The notes under the pieces are model-generated. The model did no database searches and was not told the origin of the DNA. It saw only the letters and a program-made list of their open reading frames with translations. Shown piece by piece: positions 38,333-49,945 of a stretch of DNA of 64,000 bases (its first letter is position 1; every line of letters begins with the position of its first letter). Source of the DNA: Haliotis rubra. Lineage: Eukaryota. Made by a program: the position numbers and the translations under genes. Where the stretch lies: NCBI RefSeq assembly GCF_003918875.1, contig NW_025766965.1:620001-684000 (forward strand). Reading direction: 5' to 3'.

Positions 38333-39881
38333 TAAACTCATGTCCAAAAGAAACGATACCAAATATTGTTTTCAATATTTTTAAATGAATGATACTTTTT
38401 GGAGAGAAAACATATTTCTGTGTATCCCACGTTCCTAACCAAACGTATTCGATCGAAAAAAACCGGTAACATTTATTCACTTAAGAAGCAATCGCACGAA
38501 TACTCAAAATGACGTTAAGTCGTGTAGCACGAAATGCACGTGCAGATGAACTGTATAAAACCGCTGGTCCGACACGTTGTGCCCACAGCAGTAAAAAGCA
38601 CACAAAAGAAATGGCACGTTTGACAGCGATCGAGAGAGAAAGAGCCGTTGGAATGGTCCGACAGGGAGCATCACACGCCGCTGTAGCAAGAACGTTTGGA
38701 TGCGCGCGCATAACCGTTACCAGGTTAATGCAACGGTTGCGTCAAACAGGCCGAACAACAGACAGGCCGAGAAGCGGGAGACCCCGGGTGACCACGCCTA
38801 TTCAAGACAACCACATCCGGTTACTTCACCTAAGTAACCGCTTCGTTCCTGCGACGTTAACGGCGGTGACGGGACTGGGACACCGGATCAGTCGACAAAC
38901 CGTCTACATGAGACTGCAGGCACATGGTATCCGTGCATGTCGCCCCTACCGCGGAGTCTACCTGACACGTCAAAACAGAGTCAACCGATTGATATGGGCC
39001 AGGCGTGTTCGGCGGTGGCAACGTCGAAACTGGGCACGTGTCTTGTTTTCGGACGAAAGCCGGTTTTGCCTTTACAAGAACGATGGTCGGGAGCGAGTAT
39101 ACCGAAGAGTTCGTGAACGTTTGGCGCCGAACTGCATCCAGCAAGTCCATGCATTTGGAGGCGGGGGTGTAATGGTGTGGGGAGGTATCTGCGGTGATGT
39201 GAAAACGAGGCTCGTCATTATTCGGGGGAACCTGAATGCACAGCGTTACCAGGATGAGGTTTTACGACCAGTCGTGCAGCCATTCGCCCAACAGCATCCA
39301 GGAGGAATCGTGTTCAAGCACGATAACGCTAGGCCTCATACGGCAAGATTGACCCAGAACTTCCTTGCCAACGCCAACATACAGGTTTTGCCATGGCCAG
39401 CGTGTTCACCGGATTTGAATCCCATTGAGCACATATGGGATCACCTCAATTGGAAAATCAGTAAACGCCCTGCGCCCCCAGCCAACCTCCAACAATTGGA
39501 ACATTGTCTCCAGGATGATTGGCAGCGAATCACCCCTAACGTCATCCGACGTTTGACGTCATCAGCTTGGAGGCGTGTCAAGGCATGTATCGCAGCTGCT
39601 GGTGGACATACCCGGTACTAAAGTGGCGTTAAGACTGTTTTCAGAGACTACCCTCACTAGCCTCCTCCACTGTGCTAAAATGAAATTTCAATTTTGGGCA
39701 CCACAGTTCGTTTAAAGCCCTGTGTTAATGATTGTAAATCTTTGATTGCCATGACTTTGTGTACACATGCCGTAAAATCATTTATCTAATGAAAGATATC
39801 AATTTGAAATGGCTATGTTGTTTTGTTTTAAGTTAGTGATCTTTGAAACACGTGGTATCGTTTCTTTTGGACACTAGTTTA
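38333..39881 (+). mobile_element. Tc1-type transposon, family T3, full length
   Basis: TIRs taaactcatgtccaaaagaaacgatacca / tggtatcgtttcttttggacactagttta (2 mismatches). Confidence 0.95.
38611..39621 (+). CDS. Tc1 DD34E transposase, uninterrupted 336-aa ORF
   Basis: Starts MARLTAIERERAVGM. GRPRVTT linker, FSDESRF, and HDNARPH...SPDLNPIEHIW with 34 residues between D and E. Confidence 0.92.
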   Translation: MARLTAIERERAVGMVRQGASHAAVARTFGCARITVTRLMQRLRQTGRTTDRPRSGRPRVTTPIQDNHIRLLHLSNRFVPATLTAVTGLGHRISRQTVYMRLQAHGIRACRPYRGVYLTRQNRVNRLIWARRVRRWQRRNWARVLFSDESRFCLYKNDGRERVYRRVRERLAPNCIQQVHAFGGGGVMVWGGICGDVKTRLVIIRGNLNAQRYQDEVLRPVVQPFAQQHPGGIVFKHDNARPHTARLTQNFLANANIQVLPWPACSPDLNPIEHIWDHLNWKISKRPAPPANLQQLEHCLQDDWQRITPNVIRRLTSSAWRRVKACIAAAGGHTRY

Positions 39882-40162
39882 TTTGTAAATCCACCTCCTC
39901 CTGACTCAGTAATACAAGTAGTCTACAGACTGAAATGAGCTTTTTGTATGTACAACACGGATACAGGTATACAAAACCATCATGCATAATACAACAGAGA
40001 CATACAGACGTGTGGGATAAAGAGAATATATACATGGTGCTATTAGGAGACTAGAGGCCCTCGCTAAACTGGACCCTTGCAATTCTGCATGTATATTTTT
40101 TTGAATATGTAATGAGTAAGTTACGGGTTAATGTCACATTTTACGTCTAATCTAAATCGTAA

Positions 40163-40528
40163 TCAGGGGGAGGTAAATTCAACACTGACCCTTCCATTGG
40201 CTTCCTTTGTCTCGCACTCGTCGAATCTTGCCCCCCAGTCATTGGCTAGTTCAGTATCGGCAAACTCTGCTGGTATTGGTGGAAGCACCTGAATGGCGCC
40301 TGGAGAAGCAGACGACAATTTTGGCGAATCTTTTTCTTTCGTAAACAAATACTCTCTACGAGACTCGTCGGGGGAGGGAATGACTATGTCTTCAGTGCGG
40401 GAACTTCTCTTCTCACGAAATGTGAATTCTTTGTCCGTGTTCACAGACGTTCTTTTAACACTCTCATTTCTTTGTATTTGGTCAGCTGACGTCACTGGAC
40501 TTTCCTCACCAAGAGTCATCGTCGCATA
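40163..40528 (-). CDS. Single-pass membrane protein, last coding exon (YATMTLGEE...EFTSP*)
   Basis: tttcttccag acceptor, phase 0, open frame to TGA. Confidence 0.7.
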   Translation of the reverse strand, partial: YATMTLGEESPVTSADQIQRNESVKRTSVNTDKEFTFREKRSSRTEDIVIPSPDESRREYLFTKEKDSPKLSSASPGAIQVLPPIPAEFADTELANDWGARFDECETKEANGRVSVEFTSP

Positions 40529-40932
40529 CTGGAAGAAATATTGGAGTTAGACTGTATTTTGCAAAGTGTCAATCACAGTATAATCTCCTTGCCTAATTGC
40601 AGATGTCATCCATACATTCTATTCGCCTGCTCGTACGAACACAACATATTCGTCATATTCCAAAACGCGAAACAAAAACTGCGTGGCCACATCTACCAGC
40701 CGAATCTTTAGACATCCGGAATGTCCTTTATTTGTTTCGGTGTCCAACTTAAGAACTCTTGGATGCAGACAGTTAACACTACTGATACTAATCAGTGTGG
40801 CTGCGATTTTCACACCAATCGTCGCCATTAGGTGAGGTTTCTTTAATAACGACGTCCCAACTACCAATATTAAATAATTGCCCCTGCATGCAAATCCTTG
40901 AATGAATATATAGTTCATCAGCCACTGCTTAC

Positions 40933-40975
40933 CTGCTCCGGGTCAGATGTCACGTTGAATGTCGAATGATATATA
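40933..40975 (-). CDS. Membrane protein exon 4, 3' half (IYHSTFNVTSDPEQ), cut off by Tc1
   Basis: CAG|gtaagc donor in phase 0, matching the next exon. Confidence 0.65.
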
Positions 40976-42483
40976 TATACTAAGCAGCAAAAGAAACGTC
41001 AGTTAGGAATTTTCCTTCGCAGAAACGGATAACTGTAAACTCATTTGATGTTTTGATTGTATATTTTTGACAACATCTCCAACTTTACCTGAGCAAAGAC
41101 ATTCCTTCCCAAACTCAGAATGGAACCCAGGAAATGGTCTCAAAAACGCAACCTGATCTCGGAGATGGTACGGTGTTCTCCATGTTTTTCATGCAACTCA
41201 TGCTGCACGTGCTGTTCACAAGGACCAGCCCTATAAAATGCACCCCAAACCTGGTTGAAACATTCACATTACAACGTCAGCAGGATTCCGCGACTCACGA
41301 CATTTCAGAGGAACCAGGCGTTAGGAAGACTTGAAGCTGGCCACACTGCACAAGCCGTTGCCAATCACTTCCAGGTCAACGTTAGGACCATCTACAGGCT
41401 GCAGCAACGTTTCTGGGCCACCAACACCACAAATGATCGCCCCCGTACTGGCAGACCAAGGGTGACCACAAGGCGACAACACCGCCATGTTGTGCGACAG
41501 CATGTACAGAATCCCTTCATGCAGGCATCCGAAACAGCACGCCAGACAGTGGGAAACAGCACTGATACAGTACGCCGACGTCTTAACAGCGGGAACCTCC
41601 ATTGCTGTAGACCTTACCGTGGACCTATCCACACCCCTCGTCATCGGCGTGAACGTCTACAGTTTGCCCTACAACACCAAAACTGGCGATACAGGCAATG
41701 GAGAACTGTTCTGTTCACAGATGAGAGTCGGTACTGCGTATCAACTCCAGATGGCAGAACAAGGATATGGCGACGACGTGGCCAGCGTTAGCGTGGCCAT
41801 GTGTTATGGAAAGAGACGCATGGGGAGGTGCAAGCATCATGGTATGGGGTGGAATAGGCCTGAACCAGAGAGTGGGTCCTGTGGTGTTCCAGAACCTTGG
41901 TCCAGGGAGAGGAGGCGGCATCACAGCGGTGCGCTACATCGACCAAGCTCTCAGACCCCACGTCATACCACATTTCGCACGTCACCGGAACAACATTTTC
42001 CAGCATGATAACGCCGGGTCCCATACTGCCAGAGCTACACGGGATTTCCTACAGCAGAACGGTGTCAACATTATGCAGTGGCCGGCCTTTAGTCCTGATT
42101 TAAACCCAATTGAACATCCTTGGGATGAAATTCAAAGGAGACTGAATAATGTCATACCAAGGCCGAACACAGCCGATTTATTGCGCCAGGCCTTTCTCAG
42201 AGTGTGGTTCAAGGTGCCAATGGCCTTCATCAATCGATTGGTGCACTCCATGCATAGACGCTGTTCTGCAGTTATTGCCGGTCGTGGTGGTCACACTAGA
42301 TATTGAAGTCAAGGGTCTGAGTGGACTGCAAACGTTCACGTAATGCCTTGAAATTGTGCTGAGTTATTCATTGATGTCTCAAGATATTGTACACAACAAT
42401 CCGCTTATAATGTCCATTTCTGCAATGATTTGATTACAGTGCCTATCATTCGTACTGACGGGTTTTTTTGGCTGCTGAGGATA
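40976..42483 (+). mobile_element. Tc1 family T1, second copy with frameshifted transposase; inserted antisense into a host coding exon
   Basis: Same TIR and body as 14866-16376. The right TIR has decayed. Confidence 0.95.
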
Positions 42484-42528
42484 TTTCCAAAATCTACTTC
42501 ACAAACATCAAGTTTCATATCTTCTATA
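42484..42528 (-). CDS. Membrane protein exon 4, 5' half (IEDMKLDVCEVDFGN)
   Basis: cctctttag acceptor in phase 2, matching the microexon. Confidence 0.65.
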
Positions 42529-43294
42529 CTAAAGAGGATATTTTTATATATGCCATCGTAATTAACTGTTCAACATCACGATGAAGATATTCCATTTCAA
42601 TAATGATATTCCTTGTCATATGATAAACACTCTTTATAAATACCATGTAAATACAGTACTTGTATACCTTGATATATAATTCTAAAACAGAATATAATGA
42701 AGTGACTAATGTTTCAAACATCAGGTGGGAACATACCGCTTCTCCTTGGCTTTTCTGCGCCCTGACAAAAAAAAGGATCAAAATAATTACTGTTACACGT
42801 TAACGGTTAGATATCCACCAGGCAGTGCCAGGTTGCATGAATAAAGATAGAATAGAAGCGACAAAACCCTTTCCACATTCATAAGAAATCTCTGCCAAAA
42901 GCAGAGTCGATTGTACAATTGTGACTATATCATGAGCAGATATTGTTTCAGCAGTATTACAGCTGTATGATGTTGTTTGTAAACAAATCGGGTCTAAACC
43001 AGACAATCCAGTGATTGTCACCATGCGATACGATGACAGGGCATGTATTTATGAATCACTATGAAATAGTGATGATACCAGGTGTTCGCGAAAAGGTGAG
43101 CGTATCCTGCCCCACTGGTGACATACACCAAGGAATCTCATGCCTGGCGATATGGACATACACTTGACTACTGATGTTTTCGAGCATTTTGTGACAATAC
43201 ATCGCTTCAACTAACCAATCAGCATTTAGAAATCGTTAAATACACATTTGAAATATTTAAACGTGATTACACGTGATCCCTTTACCTAATAGCT

Positions 43295-43834
43295 AGCTAT
43301 AGTCTGCTTGCAGTGAAAACGTACCGGTGAATTGCACTTTAAACAAAAACGTAAATCGAATAAAGTGAAATTAAGATCGCGAATCCTCATAATTCTACCT
43401 TGCCAATTGAACATTTAGATCTTAGCTTTTTATTCAACTTATGAAAAAAGTTGTTTAACAAACGATCGTAGTTTCAAATCGCTTATATTGGTTTGTATTA
43501 CAAGGGGGTAAGCGCAGTAGTTGGAACAGTGAAACAAATGCACGTGCGGTACGTGATGAGCGTGATCTTAGACCAACCCTACTTCATCTCGGTGTTTCAT
43601 TTTATGTGCATACCCCCTTGTAATACAAACCAATAATGCCGATTTGAAACTATGATCGTTTGTTAAACAACTTTCATCCCAAGTTGAATAAACTTCTGAG
43701 ATTTAAATTTTCAAATTAAAGGGAAAAGGTAAAAAATATGAGAATTCGCAATCTTAATTTCACTTTATTTGATTTACTTTTTTGTTTAAAGTGAAATTCA
43801 TCGGTATGTTTTCACCGCAAACAGGCTATAAGCT
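43295..43834. mobile_element. Large foldback element (about 220-bp imperfect arms, about 90-bp spacer)
   Basis: For example tattggtttgtattacaagggggta / tacccccttgtaatacaaaccaata. Confidence 0.8.
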
Positions 43835-44321
43835 GTGACTGTTTGAGTTGTTGGTATCTGTAGTGTTAACTGAGGTGCCGTATAATCTCAAGTTCTTTCT
43901 ATACAAACTGTATGTAATAAGAAAAACGTTTTCTTGTAGTTGTTCCGATAATTCTCTGCTTACATATTTACCAGTATGAGTCGAACTATGTGTATTTTGT
44001 GATGATTGATTTCATTGATTTTTATTAAATCTATCGATTTGTTTACCCTCAGTTCGAAATGTGTGTATGGAGTTATCAGAGAAGCCTAACTGTTGGTTAG
44101 TGCATAGAGTAAACATGAGTGATTTAGGAGCCTGCAGATGAATATTTTATTGCAGCATTTCTGAAATATAAGATGTGGCAGCTTGACGTTTGCAATTAAA
44201 ATATCGGATCCTGGTAGGGCTAATGAACTTAACTCTATATAGTCAGCTGCGGTGCCTCAGAATGCTTTGAAATCCGTCCCTGGATAAGTCTTAAACTGAT
44301 CTGGAAATGTACTGAACTTAC

Positions 44322-44349
44322 CATAAAGGTACCCTTTCATTCCGAAAAC
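44322..44349 (-). CDS. Membrane protein 28-nt microexon (GFRNERVPLC across junctions)
   Basis: tgtcttttcag acceptor and G|gtaagt donor. It converts phase 1 to phase 2, exactly as the neighbouring exons require. Confidence 0.7.
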
Positions 44350-44376
44350 CTGAAAAGACAATATGATTGATTGGTG

Positions 44377-44606
44377 CGTGAATGAGTTAAGTTTTACGCC
44401 GCACTCAGCAATATTCCAGCTATAAGGCGGCGGTCTGAAAATAGACCAGACAATCCAGTGGTCAACAGCATGAACATGGATCTACGCAATTGGGATACGA
44501 TGACATGTGTCAACCAAGTCAGCGAGCCTAACCACCCGATCCCGTTAATCGGTTACAAGCATGGGTTACTAAAGATCAAGTCTAACCCGGATCATATTCA
44601 CGGGTC
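44377..44606 (-). mobile_element. Retroposon family B
   Basis: Full length, with caatatgatt repeated on both sides. Confidence 0.85.
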
Positions 44607-45061
44607 AATATGATTTATTAACACCCTGTGGAAATGCGTTCTCTTAAAATTAATATTTGGATTTTCAGGTAAAAGGTGTGTGAGTTAAAGGTCGCATTGG
44701 TATTAAGTTCAGACTGTCATACAGACCCTGAAACAAATACATGTATATCCTAGAAAGCCAATGCAAGTCTAATATATGTGGCAAGTCTAGGTTACCATAG
44801 TTTGCTGAAAATGAAGAAAGTCTCTGGGCTATTTTTCATTACGCTTATGATTAAAATTGAGGATTTAACCGTTTTTCTATAACATATGCTCGTTTCTGAC
44901 ACTGTACGTTAGTCGACTAATAGTTATATAGTTATATAGTTATATAGTAATATAGTTATATAGTTATATAGTTATATAGTAATAATTATATATGGGTTGC
45001 AGTTTAAAATACCCCACTCATACACAGTACACAAGCTCCGAATTGACCAACCTCTGTTCTA

Positions 45062-46036
45062 TAGGGGAGACCGGGGTCAATTGTAACACTTTTTTACTTA
45101 ACTTCTTGTAGTTCGATCCCAGACGACCGCTCACAAAGTTAATCGTTACTAACTAGTACATTGGCTTCTTGGCTTTAAACCTCAGTGTCGTTTCAAGTTC
45201 ACTATCATGTCTTACAAAGTTATTACGTATCAAATGCAATGACTACAAGTGTTACAATTGACCCCTGGCACGGGGCAATTGTAACAGGTGGATGGGGCAA
45301 TTGTAACAAAGAAGGTTCAAATGTAACAATTTGTTTATTTTCCAAATAAAATCAAAATAAAATGTGGAAAGATGTTATCTTGATCAGTTGAGGTTGAAAT
45401 GGATTAACAATAAACCTTTATCACCACCGACATTTAAAATGTTTTTTCGTTTAAATTTCATGTATTGGTATGCCCAAAAAATAATACAAAGACTTACACC
45501 AAAAACGTTCACCCGAGGCTAATACTATCAACATAACACTGAAAATGTTCTACTATGATAAACCTAGTAAAGCACTAACATTAAACCTTCATCATAATTT
45601 GCTTTATTATCATAACATAAGGGAAAATTACATGGGGGCAATTGTAACACAGTGTTACAATTGCCCCTGATGGCAGTAGCCATATTTCATGCCACGTCAC
45701 ACGTTAACAACTTTGGGCATCTCAAATATTTCTACTTCCAAATATGTCGTAATATCTAAATTTTACACTTGAAAAGTTAATTTCATACCAAACACCATTT
45801 ACTGCATTAAGAACGGTTTAATACGTTTTGTGAAAAATTTACTTACCTATGTGAAAAATGATTTTTCGTCAACTGTATCTCGCCATAAGCGAGCAGATGA
45901 AAAACGCCTGGATGAGTACCGCAGGAAAGTAAAGGGAAATAACTCTACTCACCTACACTATGCTTGAGCGAAAACGTTTAGAGTAATCGCCCTTGTTACA
46001 ATTGACCCGTGTTACAATTGACCCCGGTCTCCCCTA
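45062..46036. mobile_element. Non-autonomous TA-flanked DNA transposon (pogo/Tc1-mariner-like)
   Basis: Perfect TIR taggggagaccggggtcaattgtaacac, multiple internal ggggcaattgtaaca motifs, no ORF. Confidence 0.85.
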
Positions 46037-46048
46037 CCCTTAATTCCC

Positions 46049-46215
46049 CCAAAGACGTTAAATATGGTACTTGTTGGTCCCTGCCTGACGCTCGGCATTA
46101 ATGGGTACAAGGACTGGTCGACTCGGAGTCAGTATAATTTGTCTGAGTGGGGTATTCATGCTTCACTGCGGCATGGTATCTCAGTGGGCTAGCACTATAA
46201 CACCAGCTTCAGTCT
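46049..46215 (+). mobile_element. SINE body fragment, Meta/MESC-domain-like (related diverged copy at about 11340-11528)
   Basis: ccaaagacgttaaa..ggtacttgttg...ggcattaa...gactggtcgactcggagtcagtataat..gtctgagtgg. The family name is from recall. Confidence 0.45.
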
Positions 46216-46430
46216 GGGCAAAGGCAGAGTGACAACAAGTACCTTCTTTTATCGGACCCAACCCGACATTGACCTTCCGCGCTCTGGCAGGACGCTCGAG
46301 ACATCTCAGAGGGAGAGTGTTAACAATATCGCGACGAGAACAAGTCACTGCTTTTAAAAAATGCCATCATACATCGAAATAATATTTAAACAACATGTTA
46401 ACCATAAAAAAAACCCACAAAAGTTCCTAC

Positions 46431-46744
46431 CTCTAGGTTGTGCGACATCGTATACAGCTGTTTCCGGTTGAGAGTAGGGCCCGTTGTAAGTGTGTGCTCT
46501 CACTGTAATGCTGGTGCCGTCTTGTTTCAGGGAGGATGCAGGGGCCCTCTCCTCGATATACCGCGGTCTGTAGGACGCCATGTGGCGGGTGGGCATGGTA
46601 GGGAACTGGTAAAGGTCCCGCATGGGTGGGGCTAACGGGTAGGGCATCGCGCGGGCAACTGTGGGGATAGAGCCGTTACGAACGCTGCCATTGATGAGTG
46701 GATCTTCCTGGCTGGCTTTGTCAGAAAATCCTCGACATCTCCTA
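46431..46744 (-). CDS. Membrane protein coding exon 2 (cytoplasmic, Pro/Tyr-rich)
   Basis: ttttgtctttcag acceptor in phase 2, AGAG|gtagga donor in phase 1, open frame. Confidence 0.75.
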
Positions 46745-47117
46745 CTGAAAGACAAAATCTTAGCTCACTGTCATATATTTGTACAATTATCTTATTTACA
46801 AAAGTGTTCAATCAATTATCAATTAAACAGCTATAAAACAAACTTCTATTAACATACTAATACTTCCAGCTCAGCTGCTCAAAGGCATTGGGTATCCCTC
46901 GATCATTGGTTGTCAATCTCAACGGCACATCGTATTTGTCAATCTCAACACCCTGGGGATCATACAACTCTTGCAGCCATTTAGGCGCCCCAAGTTAATG
47001 TGACCTTCCCATCCTTACGAGGTACCCATTCACAGCTGGGTGGACAGGGACACATAGTCACAGTTTTGTGAGTTCTTTTAAGTGCACAGAGTTGTGTACT
47101 GTACAAAACACAAAGCG

Positions 47118-47386
47118 ACAGAGAGTGAGAGGAGAGAGAGAGAGGGAGAGAGGGGGGAGGGAGGGAGAGATTGAGAGGAGGGAAGAGTGAGATTGAGAGC
47201 GGCTAAGATGAAGTGAGGGAGAGAGAGATGCGAGATTGAAAGAGGAGTGGAAGAAGGAGAGGGGGGGGAAGAAAGAGAGGGGGAGTGGCAGAGAGAAAAC
47301 AGAGCGGCTAAGATTAAGGGAGGGAGAGAGAAAGAGACGAGAGTGTGAGAGAGAGAGAGAAAGAGAGAGTGAGAGAAAGAGAGAGA
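47118..47386. repeat. GA-rich purine tract
   Basis: Degenerate (GA)n. Confidence 0.9.
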
Positions 47387-47393
47387 CTCCTAC

Positions 47394-47485
47394 CTGAAGG
47401 TATAGTAGAGAGCGACGATGGTGATGATTAACATGATGCAGCATATGATGCTGGCGGCCACCACTCCTCCCAGAGTATCCTCCAT
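47394..47485 (-). CDS. Membrane protein coding exon 1 (MEDTLGGVVAASIICCIMLIITIVALYYTF, signal anchor); reconstructed protein about 295 aa
   Basis: Exon 47508-47394 with ttccag acceptor and CAG|gtagga donor. Hydrophobic helix followed by SRRCR. Confidence 0.75.
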
Positions 47486-47589
47486 CTTCACGTGGTACAC
47501 CGGCACACCTGGAATATAGGACTTCTTACACAGGCAATGGCGGACATGGTTGATACATGTTGATAAATAACGGATATAGTTGGTGCCAG

Positions 47590-47840
47590 GTGATGCGGAT
47601 GTTTAGATACCATCATCCATCTAAGCGGCCCGGATGTGCATATACCACCATGCATGCGACAAGTGACCCGGATGTTTAGATACCATCATGCATATGCCAA
47701 GTGACCCGGGTGTTGAGAAGCCATCATGAAAAACGTCAAGTGACCCGGATGTCTAGATTCTATCTTGAATATGGCAAGTGATTCAGATATTCAGATTCTA
47801 TCATGCATACATAAAGTCCCCCCGAATGTTTAGACAACAT
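47590..47840. repeat. Degenerate about 40-bp tandem repeat
   Basis: caagtgacccggatgtttagataccatcatg units. Confidence 0.7.
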
Positions 47841-48068
47841 CGTGTGTGTAAGTGTTCAAATGTCAATACCCTATCACGTACACTGTACGTGTTGTTAGAG
47901 GCGATTTCACATTGCTCCAATAACTGTCTTCCCATCTGTGAGTGAACCCGGGATTTGACGTCAGCGATCTGATTTAGTGGATATGAGTCAGTGTGTTTCT
48001 TCTTAAGTGTATCCCAAACATCTTGTAATTGTAAAGAATTAAAGGAGAAAGGAATCATTTCGTTTGTT

Positions 48069-48297
48069 GTTTAACGTCGCACTCAGCAATATTCTATATA
48101 TATTGCAGCGGTCTGTAAATAATCGAGTCTGGACCAGACAATCCAGTGATCAACAGCGTGAGCATCAATCAACGCAACTGGGATACGATGACATGTGTCA
48201 ACCAAGTCAGCGAGCCTGACCACCTGATCCCGTTAGTCGCCTCTTGCGACAACAATGGGTTGCTGAAGACCAATTCTAACCCGGATCTTCACGGGTA
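48069..48297 (-). mobile_element. Retroposon family B
   Basis: Full-length match. Confidence 0.85.
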
Positions 48298-48659
48298 GAC
48301 AGAATCGGAAAGATAGGACGTAGGCGTAGCAATTTGTGTGAATGGTGATGTTAACGTTGATATGCACATGGCTGAGGTTGTGAAATGAGAGTGAGTGTTG
48401 ACTTGGATGTGGATATTGGTGTTGGATCTGGGGGGTCAAGTTATGGTTTCGGGTTGCCTTGGTTCTTGGACGGAATTCCGCAGTCATGGTTCATGTATTG
48501 AGTAAGGGTCTTCATCTGGGTTCTATGGTCTCGGTTTGGTTTGAGGATTTGGGATTTTGGGTCTTTGCCTTTTGGTATTGTTGTCTGCGATCTGGGTTTT
48601 CTTCCCTTGATTCTGTACTGGAATTAGGGTTCTGTTATCTGCGATCAAGGTCAGGAGTT

Positions 48660-48960
48660 TTGGTTCTGGGATCTAATACTTTGGGTCTTGGCCTGGGTTG
48701 AGATCTGAGATCTAATACTTTGGGTCTTGGCCTTGGTTGAGTTCTGAGATCTAGAACCTTAGGGCTTGGCCTGGGTTGGGTTCTGGAATCTAAAACTTTG
48801 GGTCTTGTCCTGGGTTGGGTTCTGGGATCTAATACTCTGGGTCTTGGCCTGAGCTGGGTTCTGGGATCTACAACTTTGGGTGTTGGTCTGAGTTGGGTTC
48901 TGGGATCTAAAACTTTGGGTTTTGGCCTGGGTTGGGTTCTGGGGATCTACAACTGGGTAT
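48660..48960. repeat. 39-bp minisatellite
   Basis: ttctgggatctaatactttgggtcttggcctgggttggg, about 7 copies. Confidence 0.85.
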
Positions 48961-49707
48961 AAATTTAGTTCAGAATCTGGAACCTAGGATCGTGGCATGG
49001 GATATATGATTTCATGGAGTGGAATAGGTTGTGGAATCTGGGTTATTTATATTTTCGGCATGGGTTTGGTTCTAGGATCTGCTATCTGGGATTTTGGAGT
49101 GGGTTTTGTACTAGGGTCTGGATCGTTGGCCTGGGCTTGGATCTGACATATAAAAATAGAAGCGGTAGTTCAAAATGTACAGAAACCTACGTGACATGGC
49201 GGAGTTATATAGTCTTGCTTCTGATGATAGAGTCGAGTAATGTAGGGTTCACACCTGAAAGGGGCGAGGTTGATATGCAGTTTCTTTTCAGAATATAAAC
49301 TTAATGCGAATTCTCCGAAACAGAAACGCCATAACCAGAGCATAAATGTTAAGATGAATAGATTTCATTCCCAGTTGGTTTCTTGATACACGTGGATACA
49401 ATGCAGCTATTCACACAGACTGGATCCACGCTCCAGTTGCCCCGTCTTGGTTGTAGGATACATTTTGCACCATGCTTTTTATCCCATATGAAGCGGCTTT
49501 ACAGCGACGATGAACAAAAGATATGGGGAACGGCAACACTAGGCTTCGGAATGTAGTTTAGGTGCATACTTCTACAGGTCTACCGGCGACCTTTACTCCA
49601 CATTGGACATGACGGTTGACCTGTTTAATACTTTTAATTTTCATATTTTTATAGCCATGGTCATCGTCTTAATTAATATCACTGTGTGTTTGTGATCCCC
49701 AAGGTCA

Positions 49708-49945
49708 GGTGAAGATCCGGGTTAGAATTGATCTTCAGCAACCCATGCTTGTCACAGTCGTAAGAGGCGACTAACGGGATCGGCTGGTCAGGCTCGCTGA
49801 CTTGGTTGACACATGTCATCGAATACTATTTGCGTAGATCGATGCTCATGTTGTTGATGACTGGATTGTCTGGTCCAGACTCGATTATTAACAGACCGCC
49901 GCCATATAGCTGGAATATTGCTGTGAGCGGCGTAAAACTAACCTC
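49708..49945 (+). mobile_element. Retroposon family B
   Basis: Near full-length match. Confidence 0.85.

Noticed and set aside
38509-38610. N-terminal extension of the Tc1 ORF (370 aa)
   Set aside because: Transposase homology starts at ATG 38611, and a TATA-like tataaaa lies inside the extension.
47058-47444. 128-aa Leu/Ser-rich ORF
   Set aside because: It is a translation of the GA tract, in a different frame from the real TM exon.
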